Part shown: piece by piece, positions 19,601-27,809 of the stretch
Position numbering within the stretch: the stretch's first letter is position 1
How the letters are laid out: every line of letters begins with the position of its first letter
From: a bacterium
Lineage (GTDB): Bacteria > Myxococcota_A > UBA9160 > UBA4427
Assembly (NCBI GenBank): GCA_030432735.1
Contig: JAUIMK010000002.1
Span: 1 to 51,080, forward strand
Direction: 5' to 3'
DNA: 51,080 nucleotides
Made by a program: the position numbers and the translations under genes
Notes under the pieces: model-generated
What the model was told of the DNA's origin: nothing
The model's input: the letters and a program-made list of their open reading frames with translations, nothing else
Database searches by the model: none

Positions 19601-19940
19601 CCTCGCGATCGAGCAGCGACGCGATCGCCTCCGGCTCGGGGTCACCGCCACCGACCCGCGCGCGTCGCACGCTCGATCCGAAGGGCTCCGCCCCTTCGAG
19701 GGCGTCGGGGAGCGCGTCGGCGATCGCGCCCACGAGGTCGTCGACGAAGATCGCCGGGTCGCGGTGGAGGCGATCGAGCGAGAGCCATGCGACCCGCTCG
19801 CCGCGCCCCACAAGCAACCGCCGCCAGTGCAGAGCGAGGGTGGTCTTGCCGCAGCCGCCCGGCGCAGAGAAGACCGCGATCGGCTTCTCGTCCAGCGAGT
19901 CCGCCGCTTCGACCAGCTCCTGCCTCGGCGCGTGCTTCAT
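16677..19940 (-). CDS. STAND-type ATPase transcriptional regulator: MalT-like P-loop NTPase + helical/TPR-like region + C-terminal SARP module (OmpR-type wHTH + BTAD)
   Basis: 1087-aa ORF. It has an N-terminal Walker A (VFSAPGGCGKTTLALHW), a Walker B-like motif (VVVFLDGFEQL) and MalT-like blocks (TEGWAIAVQFAL, LRYIADELTAEL). The C-terminal region has a SARP-like wHTH (LSIQSFGALEV...RLFVRLLCAEGRVLPRERVESDLWPEA...NLRASLTKLRDAL) followed by a BTAD-like helical region (...AIRAIEDATAALEDELGIAPGP). Confidence 0.8.
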   Translation of the reverse strand: MKHAPRQELVEAADSLDEKPIAVFSAPGGCGKTTLALHWRRLLVGRGERVAWLSLDRLHRDPAIFVDDLVGAIADALPDALEGAEPFGSSVRRARVGGGDPEPEAIASLLDREGRRLARPVVVFLDGFEQLEGEGVSVEIVNLLVRSTPAWLRLVLTTRGRRPRALTRALAAGGASLIDEAALALTRAQVDALVDEADLRLEPAYIEQLLARTEGWAIAVQFALRTLATLPPERRDDFLTELTRDRDLLRYIADELTAELSEDAVRVLQISAVLGATDTATLMRAMRAAGRIGGESAIDEAIEAGLLQSQPAQLALHPLVAEWMQLRMRAGLDDAEWATLHERLGEMLESAGSATAALSVYRNGGLAPRIADLLAREGRGWVDRGYLDLAEEALAEVPRPLKADRPGLLALEGLIAGGRDPKRAVERLREAIELYRRAGDLEAEADTLHALAIVAVNENQTEAIAELVRHTVTFSRILRHPRLRGMLAMGLADAAFITGRYRLAMRLLRRAGGGQQRPRERAGVGFLGATIRFARGDWDELVDEVDARCADEDQRLHGPGFYAMQTRRCSVLGLRGLELDACRTTLEEAGRMFRSARQTLNRSHCATALGQIAHRAGEFDEAAEHFSDALALAERIDLLETWVASHGRLARALQRAGRSAEARASARAALRLLDSEGAWTTRISSAPLSSAGAALAAVVLAELGHAREALAGIDARRRELVHAELPLVAHAIGLCRARVAELADERKRMREELRSGWHAHRTAGLVDVAPEIDAPLLRWALERAREEGIDLGGLRLHGMPSVAPRRAALSIQSFGALEVAKGGRSLKASDWKGRNPQRLFVRLLCAEGRVLPRERVESDLWPEATRAQGRNNLRASLTKLRDALEPRRKKGAPSRLLTLEGEHLGLAEAALEDWDVTRWRSAIDGMRTEAGRAGVVACERHFERARSLRRDEFLIGYLDDWALELRRALDAMHRSATLETLDALLGEPGTHEPGRAPLAIRIAEDFVARSRDDEAAWERLAAARLAADDRAGAIRAIEDATAALEDELGIAPGPWAEATRARARDARAQAVGAEKERRSTGREEERE

Positions 19941-20148
19941 CCCGACTCCTGACGCCCGTCGAGTCTAGCAACCGGGAGCATCGTCCAAGTATCCGATTCT
20001 ACGAAGTTTTCGCGGTTGCGCGCGAATAGCGGGGGCACGGGAAGGTGCATGGGTCGCCGGAGCGGACGCGCGCCGGCAAGCGACCCGCAGCGCCCGGGCA
20101 ACGGGGCCGGCGCTCCCGGCGGTCGACGGCGTACGGAGTAGGAAGAAG

Positions 20149-23100
20149 ATGACGAAGAGACGAAGCATTCTCGCTCTGGCGATCGGGTGGGTCCTGGCTG
20201 GACTGTCCGGTGTGGCGCATGCGCAACCCGTTCCGCCGCAGGGGTACGTGCTCGAGCCCGTCGCCTCCGGTCTCGGTGACGCCAGTCGGATCGCGATCGC
20301 GCCATCCGGCTTCGGCGCCTACGGAGGGCACGTCTTCGCCGCTCGCCCGTCTTCGAACGAGGTGCTCCGGATCGAGCCATCGACGGGTGCCGTCTCTTCG
20401 TTCGCGACGACGATCGGGTCGACCGGCTATTTCGTCGAGTTCGGGACCGGGGGCGCCTTCGGCGAGGATCTCTACGTGGCGAACTCCGTCGATCCCTCGA
20501 GCCCGACTCACGGGCTCGTGGAGCGCATCGACGCGACGGGCATCGCGACGGTCTTCGGTGACCCGACGCCGCCGCCCGGACCGCCCTCGTATCAGTTCGG
20601 CGGCGTCGGGATGGCGTTCTCGACCGGCGGCGCCTTCGGCACGCTTCTCTATTCCGGAGCGGGCGGCGGCCAGATCAGTGACTCGCTCTCGACGCTTCCG
20701 CCGTCCGGGGGCGGAGCGTCGCTCTTCGCGAACTTCGGCTCGGTCATGAACGGTACGCCGACCGAGCTTCGTTTCGGATCCGGACTGCTCGGTTTCGGGA
20801 CCGACCTCTACGTCGGGTTGAACGTCGTGTCCGGGGGCATCGGCGTCGAGACCGGCATCTATCGCTACGACTCGGCCGGCACGCGCACCCCGTTCTCGCT
20901 CGCGTCCGCCGATCCCGACTTCACTGGCGTGCCGAGCGGGCTGGCCTTCGCTCGGATCGGTGCGTTCGGCGGAGCGCTCTACGCGTGCGTGAACGGAGAC
21001 GCGATCGTCCGGATCGACAGCGCGGGTGGGGTCGATCGCTTCGTCGAGTCGATCGCGACCTGCTCGAGCCTGGCGTTCAGCGAAGACGGGCAGACCCTGT
21101 TCTTCGTCGAGTCCGGGGCCGGGACGCTCTGGGCGCTGCGGCGAATGCCCGCTCCGAACCTCTCGGTCGGAGACTTCGTCGTGTACGAAGAGGACTTCCG
21201 GGGGCAGTTCGTCGCTCCGACGTCACCGGAGTTCGACGAGCTCGGGATCGGGGGCCTCGCCGGGATCACCGAGCCGTCGGGCCCCGGACCCGACCTGACC
21301 GGGCGCGTCGCGGCCTACCAGATCGATGGCGCAACCGGAGAGCTCGGGGCACGGCTGGTCGCCGACGCGGTACCGCTGGCCGACGGGTCCTTCTCGATCC
21401 GTTCTCGCATGTCCGGTCTCGCTTCGCCGCCGTTGACGGGAAGCCTCGATGTCGGTCACGGCGCGACCTTTCCGGAGGGGGTCGACACGGTCTCGGTGTC
21501 GGCGGGCCTCGTCTTCTCCTGGGACGGGATGGGGGCGCCGCAGGCGGCGCTCAAGGTCGTCGAGCAGCGCTTCCCTTCCGGTCCGATCCACGAATCGACC
21601 GCTTCGCTCCCGGCGCCGATGACCGCGGCGATCCTCGCCGGCGATGCCTTCGAGCTCGAGCTGCGCGTCGAGCGCATCGGGGGAGCGGGCAACGCGCGGG
21701 CGTCGGTCGCGCTCGACACGGGGCTCTCCGTCTCGGCGTCGCCGCTCGCCTTCTCGATCGTGGCGGACCAGACCTTCGAAGACCTGGTTCACGGGTTCGG
21801 ATTCGGGGGCGTCGAGTTCGAGGTGGTCGCGCTGGATCTCGAGCACTTCGAGGTCTCGCAGCCCTATGCGCAGTCGTTCACGGTCGACACGACGGTCGAC
21901 GCCGTCGACGCGAGCCCCGGAGACGGCTTCTGCTCGACGATCGCGGCGCGGTGTACGCTCCGGGCGGCGGTCCAGGAGGCCAACGCGCTCGCGGGCCCGA
22001 CCGAGATCGTGCTCGGAGCCGGCACGCATCTCCTGTCGATTCCCGGAGACGACGAGGACGCTTCGGCGACGGGGGACCTCGACGTCCTGGACGACGTCGG
22101 GATTCGCGGGGCAGGAGCGAGCACCACGATCGTCGACGCCGCTTCGATCGATCGCGTCTTCCACAACCCGTTGCAGCTGGTGTCGCCGTCGACGCTTCGG
22201 GTCACCGGGTTGGCCGTGACGGGCGGGCAGGCAGACGATCTCGCCGATCCTTCCGGTGGCGGCTTCCTGTCCGCGGGGCCGCTCCACCTCTCGGATTGCG
22301 TCGTCTCGGGCAACCGCGCGAACATCGGCGGTGGCATCCACGCGCAGTCGAGGTTCTCGTTGGAGCGATGCGTCGTCGAAGCCAACGAGGCGATCGACTA
22401 CCTGGTGGCGTCCGTGGGCGGGGGGCTTCGTCTGAGCGCGTCGGCCTCGGGCTCGGTGCGCGCCCGCATCATCGACTCGGCGGTCGTGTCGAACGTCGCC
22501 GATACGGATGCCGGGGTCCAATGTTCCGGCATCCCCGTCCCCGGGAGCGGCGATCGTCTATGGCTCGAGAACACGACCGTGAGCGGCAACGTGAACGGCG
22601 TGTCCGGCGAACAGCTGAGTCTCGGCAACTGCTCGGGAACGATTCTCCATTCGACGGTGGTCGGGGACGCGGGGCCGGGGCTGCAGGCGGTTCGATCCGG
22701 CTTCTCGACGGCCGGTCTACGGATCGAGAACAGCGTGGTCTCGGGAACGCCGGCCTGCGAGCCCTTCTCGACGCTCGTGCCGACGCTCTCGGGTCACAAC
22801 GCGAGCGAGGATACGAGCTGCGGGTTCTCCGGGCCGGGCGACCTCGAGGGGGTCTCTCTCGGCCTCGCGGCGCTCGCGACGCTCGCCACGAATTCGGGCT
22901 CGCTCGCGAGCACCCGCGGTCACCTGCCCGTCGCAGGCAGCCTCCTGATCGAGGCCGCCGACGCCGCGAGCTGTACCGCGTTCGATCAGCGTCGCGGGCC
23001 GCGGCCGGCCGACGGAGACACGAACGGGACGGCGGAATGTGACCTGGGTGCGATCGAGGTACCCGAGGCCGGCTTCGGGATCGGACTGGGTGTGATGGGA

Positions 23101-23214
23101 CTCATCGCGCTCGGGCGACGGCGTCGCGATTCCGCATCGAGGACGTACGAGAGAGATCGCATACGCACCCGGTCCGTCCATCGAGGCTTGCCACGAGTGA
23201 GGTCGGATCCCTAG
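20149..23214 (+). CDS. Large secreted protein: N-terminal beta-propeller-like region, choice-of-anchor-Q / parallel beta-helix region, PEP-CTERM-like C-terminal anchor
   Basis: 1021-aa ORF preceded by GGAAGAAG. It has a signal peptide (MTKRRSILALAIGWVLAGLSGVAHA-QP). The choice-of-anchor-Q hallmarks are CSTIAARCTLRAAVQEANAL...EIVLGAG and the terminal FDQRRGPRP...ECDLGAIEV. The C-terminus reads VPEAGFGIGLGVMGLIALGRRRR, i.e. a PEP-like motif, a TM helix and an Arg cluster, followed by 28 extra residues. Confidence 0.75.
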   Translation: MTKRRSILALAIGWVLAGLSGVAHAQPVPPQGYVLEPVASGLGDASRIAIAPSGFGAYGGHVFAARPSSNEVLRIEPSTGAVSSFATTIGSTGYFVEFGTGGAFGEDLYVANSVDPSSPTHGLVERIDATGIATVFGDPTPPPGPPSYQFGGVGMAFSTGGAFGTLLYSGAGGGQISDSLSTLPPSGGGASLFANFGSVMNGTPTELRFGSGLLGFGTDLYVGLNVVSGGIGVETGIYRYDSAGTRTPFSLASADPDFTGVPSGLAFARIGAFGGALYACVNGDAIVRIDSAGGVDRFVESIATCSSLAFSEDGQTLFFVESGAGTLWALRRMPAPNLSVGDFVVYEEDFRGQFVAPTSPEFDELGIGGLAGITEPSGPGPDLTGRVAAYQIDGATGELGARLVADAVPLADGSFSIRSRMSGLASPPLTGSLDVGHGATFPEGVDTVSVSAGLVFSWDGMGAPQAALKVVEQRFPSGPIHESTASLPAPMTAAILAGDAFELELRVERIGGAGNARASVALDTGLSVSASPLAFSIVADQTFEDLVHGFGFGGVEFEVVALDLEHFEVSQPYAQSFTVDTTVDAVDASPGDGFCSTIAARCTLRAAVQEANALAGPTEIVLGAGTHLLSIPGDDEDASATGDLDVLDDVGIRGAGASTTIVDAASIDRVFHNPLQLVSPSTLRVTGLAVTGGQADDLADPSGGGFLSAGPLHLSDCVVSGNRANIGGGIHAQSRFSLERCVVEANEAIDYLVASVGGGLRLSASASGSVRARIIDSAVVSNVADTDAGVQCSGIPVPGSGDRLWLENTTVSGNVNGVSGEQLSLGNCSGTILHSTVVGDAGPGLQAVRSGFSTAGLRIENSVVSGTPACEPFSTLVPTLSGHNASEDTSCGFSGPGDLEGVSLGLAALATLATNSGSLASTRGHLPVAGSLLIEAADAASCTAFDQRRGPRPADGDTNGTAECDLGAIEVPEAGFGIGLGVMGLIALGRRRRDSASRTYERDRIRTRSVHRGLPRVRSDP

Positions 23215-23265
23215 CCTTGCGAGTCCCCCGCTTCGCTCCCGATCGCGCGGGGCGAGGAGGGTGAC

Positions 23266-25026
23266 ATGCGTCGAATCGCGATCGTCGTGTTCGGAGGGAT
23301 GCTCGCTGCATGCGCGGCGCGGGCTCAGTCGCCACAGGACGCTCCCCTGCCCGAGCTCTACTGGGGCGACACCCACGTCCACAGCGCCTACTCCCTCGAC
23401 GCGAACCTCTTCAACAACTTCACGCTCGGTCCCGACGTCGCCTATCGCTTCGCGCGGGGCGAGGCGATCCGGACCGGCGCCGGACGCGTCGCGCAGCTCG
23501 AGCGTCCCCTCGACTTCCTGGTCGTCTCGGACCACGCCGAGTACATGGGCGTGTTCAAGATGATCCGGGAGGGGCACCCTGCGGTGTCTTCGACGGAGAC
23601 CGCCCGTGTGGTCAAGAAGCTGATCGACGAGAACCCGATCTTCGGACCCGAGGACATCACGGCGCTGAACGCGGCGCTCGATGGCGACCCCCTCGTCGCC
23701 GACGAGGGCATCCAACGACTCGTCTGGGACGAAGTCATCGACATCGCCGAGCGCAACAACGAGCCCGGCCGCTTCGTCTCGATCGTGGGCTACGAGTGGG
23801 GCTCGACCCCGGGCGGCGACAACCTCCACCGCAACGTCCTCTTCCGCGACGGTCCCGACAAGACGAAGCAGATCCTTCCCTTCTCGGCCGTGCACAGCCA
23901 GCATCCCGAGGATCTCTGGGCCTTCCTCGCTCGCTACGAGCGGGACACCGGCGGGCAGGCGTTCGCGATCCCGCACAACTCGAATCTCTCGAACGGTCGC
24001 ATGTTCGCGATGGAAGACTCGAACGGTCAGCCCTTCTCCATCGCCTATGCGGAGGCGCGCCAGCGCTACGAGCCCGTCGTCGAGGTGACCCAGATCAAGG
24101 GCGACAGCGAGGCCCATCCCTTCCTCTCGCCGGACGACGAGTTCGCCGACTTCGAAACCTGGGACGAGACGAACATCTTCGGCCTCGTGAAGACGGAGCC
24201 CTCGATGCACGAAGGGAGCTACGCGCGGGCAGCGCTCAAGAACGGGCTGTTGTTGCAGACGGCGCTCGGCGTGAATCCCTTCCGCTTCGCGATGATCGGA
24301 AGCACCGATGCCCACACCTCGCTCGCGACCGCCGACGAAGACGACTACTGGGGCAAGACCGCGAACATGCCGCCGGGGAGCGACCGCATGCTCGGCGCCT
24401 TCATCCGGGCCGTTCCGGAGGACGCGGCGGACACGATGAACTGGGAGCAGGCGGCGGCGGGCTATGCCGGCGTCTGGGCGACGGAGCACAGCCGGGAGGC
24501 GATCTTCGACGCCATGCGCCGGGGCGAGGTCTACGCCACGACGGGACCCCGCATGAACGTGCGCTTCTTCGGCGGCTGGCGCTTCGCAGACGTCGACGCC
24601 CGGTCGAGCCGCGCCGCGCGGGCGGGCTACGTGAAGGGCGTGCCGATGGGGTCGGACCTGCCTGCGCGCTCCCGCGACGCCGCGCCGAGCTTCCTCGTGC
24701 TGGCCGCGAAGGATCCGGAGGGCGCGAACCTGCAGCGCGTCCAGATCGTGAAGGGTTGGGTCGGCGACGACGACCAGGCCGAGGAGCGCGTCTACGACGT
24801 GAGCGTCGCCGAGGACAAGGTCGCCGGCGTCGCCGAGATCGCGACGGTCTGGCAGGACCCGGACTTCGATCCGGAGCGGCTCGCCTTCTACTACCTGCGC
24901 GTGCTCGAGGTACCGACGCCGCGCTGGAACGCGATCGATGCAGCGAGATACGGCAAGCCCATCGCGGGCATGCGAACGAGCCAGCAGGAGCGGGCCTACA
25001 CCAGCCCCATCTGGTTCACGCCCTAG
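23266..25026 (+). CDS. Secreted or lipoprotein DUF3604 domain-containing protein, paralog 2
   Basis: 586-aa ORF preceded by GAGGAGG, 51 nt after the previous gene. The signal peptide has a possible LAAC lipobox. The hallmark blocks are WGDTHVHSAYSLDA, DFLVVSDHAEY, VGYEWGS, NLHRNVL, IPHNSNLSNG, TQIKGDSEAHP, GSTDAHTS and YTSPIWFTP. Confidence 0.9.
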   Translation: MRRIAIVVFGGMLAACAARAQSPQDAPLPELYWGDTHVHSAYSLDANLFNNFTLGPDVAYRFARGEAIRTGAGRVAQLERPLDFLVVSDHAEYMGVFKMIREGHPAVSSTETARVVKKLIDENPIFGPEDITALNAALDGDPLVADEGIQRLVWDEVIDIAERNNEPGRFVSIVGYEWGSTPGGDNLHRNVLFRDGPDKTKQILPFSAVHSQHPEDLWAFLARYERDTGGQAFAIPHNSNLSNGRMFAMEDSNGQPFSIAYAEARQRYEPVVEVTQIKGDSEAHPFLSPDDEFADFETWDETNIFGLVKTEPSMHEGSYARAALKNGLLLQTALGVNPFRFAMIGSTDAHTSLATADEDDYWGKTANMPPGSDRMLGAFIRAVPEDAADTMNWEQAAAGYAGVWATEHSREAIFDAMRRGEVYATTGPRMNVRFFGGWRFADVDARSSRAARAGYVKGVPMGSDLPARSRDAAPSFLVLAAKDPEGANLQRVQIVKGWVGDDDQAEERVYDVSVAEDKVAGVAEIATVWQDPDFDPERLAFYYLRVLEVPTPRWNAIDAARYGKPIAGMRTSQQERAYTSPIWFTP

Positions 25027-25151
25027 CGGCCGCGCATAGCACGTCGCTTTCGACGCCTTCTCGCTTCGCCGTCCTCGGCGTACGGGAGTACGCCTGCGGG
25101 GGCTTCGCTGCGAGGTCGTCGAAATCGACGCACTCTGCGCGGCCTTGCGGC
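25027..25151 (+). repeat. Copy B of the ~125-nt structured intergenic repeat element, starting at the first base after the DUF3604 stop
   Basis: It gives a gap-free alignment to 11285-11409. The 29-nt core GTCCTCGGCGTACGGGAGTACGCCTGCGG and the 26-nt block CGAGGTCGTCGAAATCGACGCACTCT are identical in both copies. Confidence 0.8.
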
Positions 25152-25167
25152 TTGTGCTCTGCGTTTC

Positions 25168-25220
25168 GGGGCCGGGGCCGGGGCCGGGGCCGGGGCCGGG
25201 GCCGCGGCCGGGGCAGGGGG
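25168..25220 (+). repeat. (GGGGCC)6 hexanucleotide microsatellite plus degenerate flank (GCGGCC GGGGCA GGGGG)
   Basis: Six perfect GGGGCC units run from 25168 to 25203. The tract lies in the convergent intergenic spacer between DUF3604 paralog 2 and the 7-TM gene. Confidence 0.9.
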
Positions 25221-25249
25221 CGAGCGCGTCTCGCGCTCGGGGCGTGGGG

Positions 25250-26026
25250 TCAGGCGCGCTGGGCGTTCGAAGCGCTCGCCCGGAGACGATCGAGGTAGGG
25301 CTTCGGGGGGAAGAAGGCGAGCATCAGGGCGAGGGCGCAGGTCGGGGTGATCACCAGGAAGGTGGCTCGGACGACGCTCATGACCTGGGGCAGGTAGGCG
25401 GATCGTTCCTGCACGGCGCGGTCGACATCGCCGAGCACGACGACGGCGGCGAGCCGGAGAGAGAGGGCCATCGCGGGCATCAGGGAGACGCCGGCGGTCC
25501 AGATCGACCAGAGCAGGAAGCGGTTGGTGATGACCGGGTCCGCGAGGCCGAGGGACGCGCGCTTCCGCATCGACCGCCAGTACCGGAACGACTCGACGAA
25601 GGCCCACGCGGTCGGGACTACGCGGAACGCGTTCGTCGCGATCACGGCGGCGGAGCTCTCTGCGGCGACGTGGTCGCCGGCGAACGTCCAGAGGGTCGTC
25701 CCCGCGATCGCGGCCACGATGCACCCGGCGAAGGTCTTCGCGCGACCGCTCTCGGGGTGGAAGACGCGCTGGGTGAAGAGGGCCATCGCGCAGGTCCCCG
25801 CGGCGAGGCCGACGTGGCCGATCGAGTTCGCGAGGAGCGCCGCGTCCGGCATCTCGAGCTGCGTACCCGCACCGAAGACGCGAAGCGAGAGGCCGAACGA
25901 CGCGCCGAGGAAGTAGAGACCGCACCAGAGCTCCGGCGCCTGGCGCGTGCGCGCGGCGAGGGAGAGCAGCCGGAGGGCCGGCGCCAGGAAGAAGACGAAG
26001 ACGAGGATCGGCGCGACGAAGCTCAT
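25250..26026 (-). CDS. Hypothetical integral membrane protein (about 7 predicted TM helices)
   Basis: 258-aa ORF (MSFVAPILVFVFFLAPALRLLSL...). I count seven hydrophobic stretches by eye. I recognise no family. It is on the same strand as the ThDP enzyme gene, 114 nt downstream of it. Confidence 0.6.
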   Translation of the reverse strand: MSFVAPILVFVFFLAPALRLLSLAARTRQAPELWCGLYFLGASFGLSLRVFGAGTQLEMPDAALLANSIGHVGLAAGTCAMALFTQRVFHPESGRAKTFAGCIVAAIAGTTLWTFAGDHVAAESSAAVIATNAFRVVPTAWAFVESFRYWRSMRKRASLGLADPVITNRFLLWSIWTAGVSLMPAMALSLRLAAVVVLGDVDRAVQERSAYLPQVMSVVRATFLVITPTCALALMLAFFPPKPYLDRLRASASNAQRA

Positions 26027-26140
26027 GGTAGGACACCCCTGCCGGTCGAATCGGAGGGTCGTCGGCAGGCCTTGAGCAGTTCCGCCGACAGCGGAACGCG
26101 TCCCGTCTCGCGCGAATCCCGCGGCGGCGTCCCGCTGGCC

Positions 26141-27688
26141 CTAGAGCACGGCCTCGATCAGCTTCGGTCCGGGCTCGGCGTAGGCCCGCCCGAGCGCCTT
26201 TCCGAGGGCTCCCGCGTCGGTCACCCGTTCCGCCGGGACCCCCATGCCCTTCGCGAGAGAGACGAAGTCGAGCTCCGGACCGGTCAGGTCGAAGAGCCGC
26301 TCCGCTTCCCGGCTCGGTGCGGCGCCGGTCCGGTCGAGCTCGGCACGCAGGATCGCGTAGCTCCGGTTCGCGAGGATCAGCGTCGTGACGTCGAGCGACT
26401 CCCGTGCCTGCGTCCATAGCGCCTGGACCGTGTACATCGCCGAGCCGTCGGCCTGCAGGTCGAGCACCGGACGGTCCGGACACGCGATCGCCGCGCCGAT
26501 CGCGCATGGCATGCCGAACCCGATCGCGCCGCCGGTCAACGCGAGCCAGTCGTGCTGCGGTGCGCTCGCCGTGATGGGCAGGGCGAAGAATCCACCGGTC
26601 GCGCCTTCGTCGACGACGATCGTGTTCTCGGGCATCGTCGCCGCCACCGCCTGGGCGAGGCTGACGGGGTTCAGCTCGCCGTCCGGCAGCGCCGGGAGCG
26701 GGTCGGTCGAGCGGAACGCGCCCGGCTCGATCGGTCCGACGCCGAGACGATCCGCCAACGCTTCGAGGGCGCCTTCCGCGTCCTCCTCGAGCTCCGCGAG
26801 CGTCGCGATTCGCGTCGCCGGTGCAGTCAGCCGGCTCGGCTTGTCGGGATAGGCGAAGAACCCGACCGGCGCCTTCGTGTGGACGAGCACGAGATCGGTC
26901 ACGTCGGCGATCGCTTCGGCAGCCTGCTCGGGGAAGTAGGGCAGTCGTTCGATGACGGCGCGGTCGCCCCCGCGTTCGAGCCGTCCGTAGAACGTGTCGC
27001 AGAGGACGCGGGCGCCGGTGGCCCGGCCGATCGCTGCGGCGAGCTCGAGGGCGCGTGCGCGAAGCGCCTTGCCACCGAGGAGCAGCGCGGGTCGCTCGCT
27101 CGCTCGCAGCCGCGTCGCGATCTCCTCGAGGGTCTCGTCCGGGGCGCTCGTCGGCGCGGGAGCGGGCAGGGCCTTCGCGGGGACTCCCGGCTCGTTCCAG
27201 CTCGCATCCGCAGGGAGGATCAGCGAGGCGATCCGGCCGGGATGCGCCCGCGCCGCGGCGACGGCTTCCGCGGCGTCGCGTCCCACTGCGCGGGACGTCT
27301 TCGAGGTCCGGACCCAGTGGGAGAAGGGCGCCGCGACGGCTTCGACGTCCGAGGTGAGCGGCGCGTCGAGGTGGGCGTGGTCGACGGCGTGATCGCCGAC
27401 GACGTTCACGATCGGGGTGTGGGCGCGTCGCGCGTTGTGGAGATTGGCGAGTCCGTTGGCCAGGCCGGGCCCGAGATGGAGGAGCGTCGACGCGGGCGCG
27501 TCGGCCATCCGTCCGTAGCCGTCGGCGGCGCCGGTGACCACGTTCTCCTGGAGGCCGAGAACGGCGCGCATGCCCGGGACGCGATCGAGGGCCGCGACGA
27601 AGTGCATCTCGGACGTGCCCGGGTTGGTGAAGCAGACCTCGACGCCGCCGGAGACGAGGGAGCGGAGCAGGCTTTCGGCGCCGTTCAT
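26141..27688 (-). CDS. Thiamine-diphosphate-dependent enzyme (acetolactate synthase large subunit / benzoylformate decarboxylase-like family)
   Basis: ORF 26141..27871 trimmed to ATG 27688 ([30 protein letters not shown]...) with a GAGGAA SD. It has the N-terminal Pyr domain motif and a C-terminal ThDP-binding motif ([16 protein letters not shown]...LILANRSY). Confidence 0.85.
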   Translation of the reverse strand: MNGAESLLRSLVSGGVEVCFTNPGTSEMHFVAALDRVPGMRAVLGLQENVVTGAADGYGRMADAPASTLLHLGPGLANGLANLHNARRAHTPIVNVVGDHAVDHAHLDAPLTSDVEAVAAPFSHWVRTSKTSRAVGRDAAEAVAAARAHPGRIASLILPADASWNEPGVPAKALPAPAPTSAPDETLEEIATRLRASERPALLLGGKALRARALELAAAIGRATGARVLCDTFYGRLERGGDRAVIERLPYFPEQAAEAIADVTDLVLVHTKAPVGFFAYPDKPSRLTAPATRIATLAELEEDAEGALEALADRLGVGPIEPGAFRSTDPLPALPDGELNPVSLAQAVAATMPENTIVVDEGATGGFFALPITASAPQHDWLALTGGAIGFGMPCAIGAAIACPDRPVLDLQADGSAMYTVQALWTQARESLDVTTLILANRSYAILRAELDRTGAAPSREAERLFDLTGPELDFVSLAKGMGVPAERVTDAGALGKALGRAYAEPGPKLIEAVL

Positions 27689-27809
27689 GGCGATTCCTCT
27701 CGGAGGGAGACGACCCAGCTTAGCCAGCCGCCCTGCGTTCGTGCGCGAGCCGTCGAAGCGCGCTAACGAGACCGGGAGTTCTCTGGGTGGGTTCCTCGGG
27801 AGGAAAGAC

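Noticed and set aside
17661-19952. 763-aa plus-strand ORF (and 17125..18198, 17309..18625, 18622..19296 on the minus strand)
   Set aside because: These are antisense or out-of-frame overlaps of the STAND regulator gene. Only the 16677..19940 frame yields Walker A, MalT-like, wHTH and BTAD features.
22717-24489. 590-aa minus-strand ORF and 23310..25298 plus-strand alternative frame
   Set aside because: They overlap DUF3604 paralog 2, whose frame carries the conserved family blocks. The alternatives are Arg/Gly-rich shadows.
25250-26026. 7-TM protein as the missing exosortase for the PEP-CTERM-like protein
   Set aside because: There is no exosortase-like catalytic Cys context (…ACSG…), nor the Arg/His motifs I can recognise. 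The topology alone is not evidence.
25145-26419. ORF reading the GGGGCC repeat as GPGPGPGPGPGP (and the minus-strand PAPAPAPAPA version)
   Set aside because: The rest of both ORFs is shadow sequence antisense to the 7-TM and ThDP genes. There is no SD or family features, so I treat the repeat as non-coding.
27689-27809. Sigma-54 promoter for the ThDP-enzyme gene divergent from the bEBP
   Set aside because: I scanned the minus strand for GG-N10-GC with TGGCAC/TTGC context. The best candidate (CTGGCTAAGCTGGGTC) lacks GC at the -12 position, so there is no convincing element.
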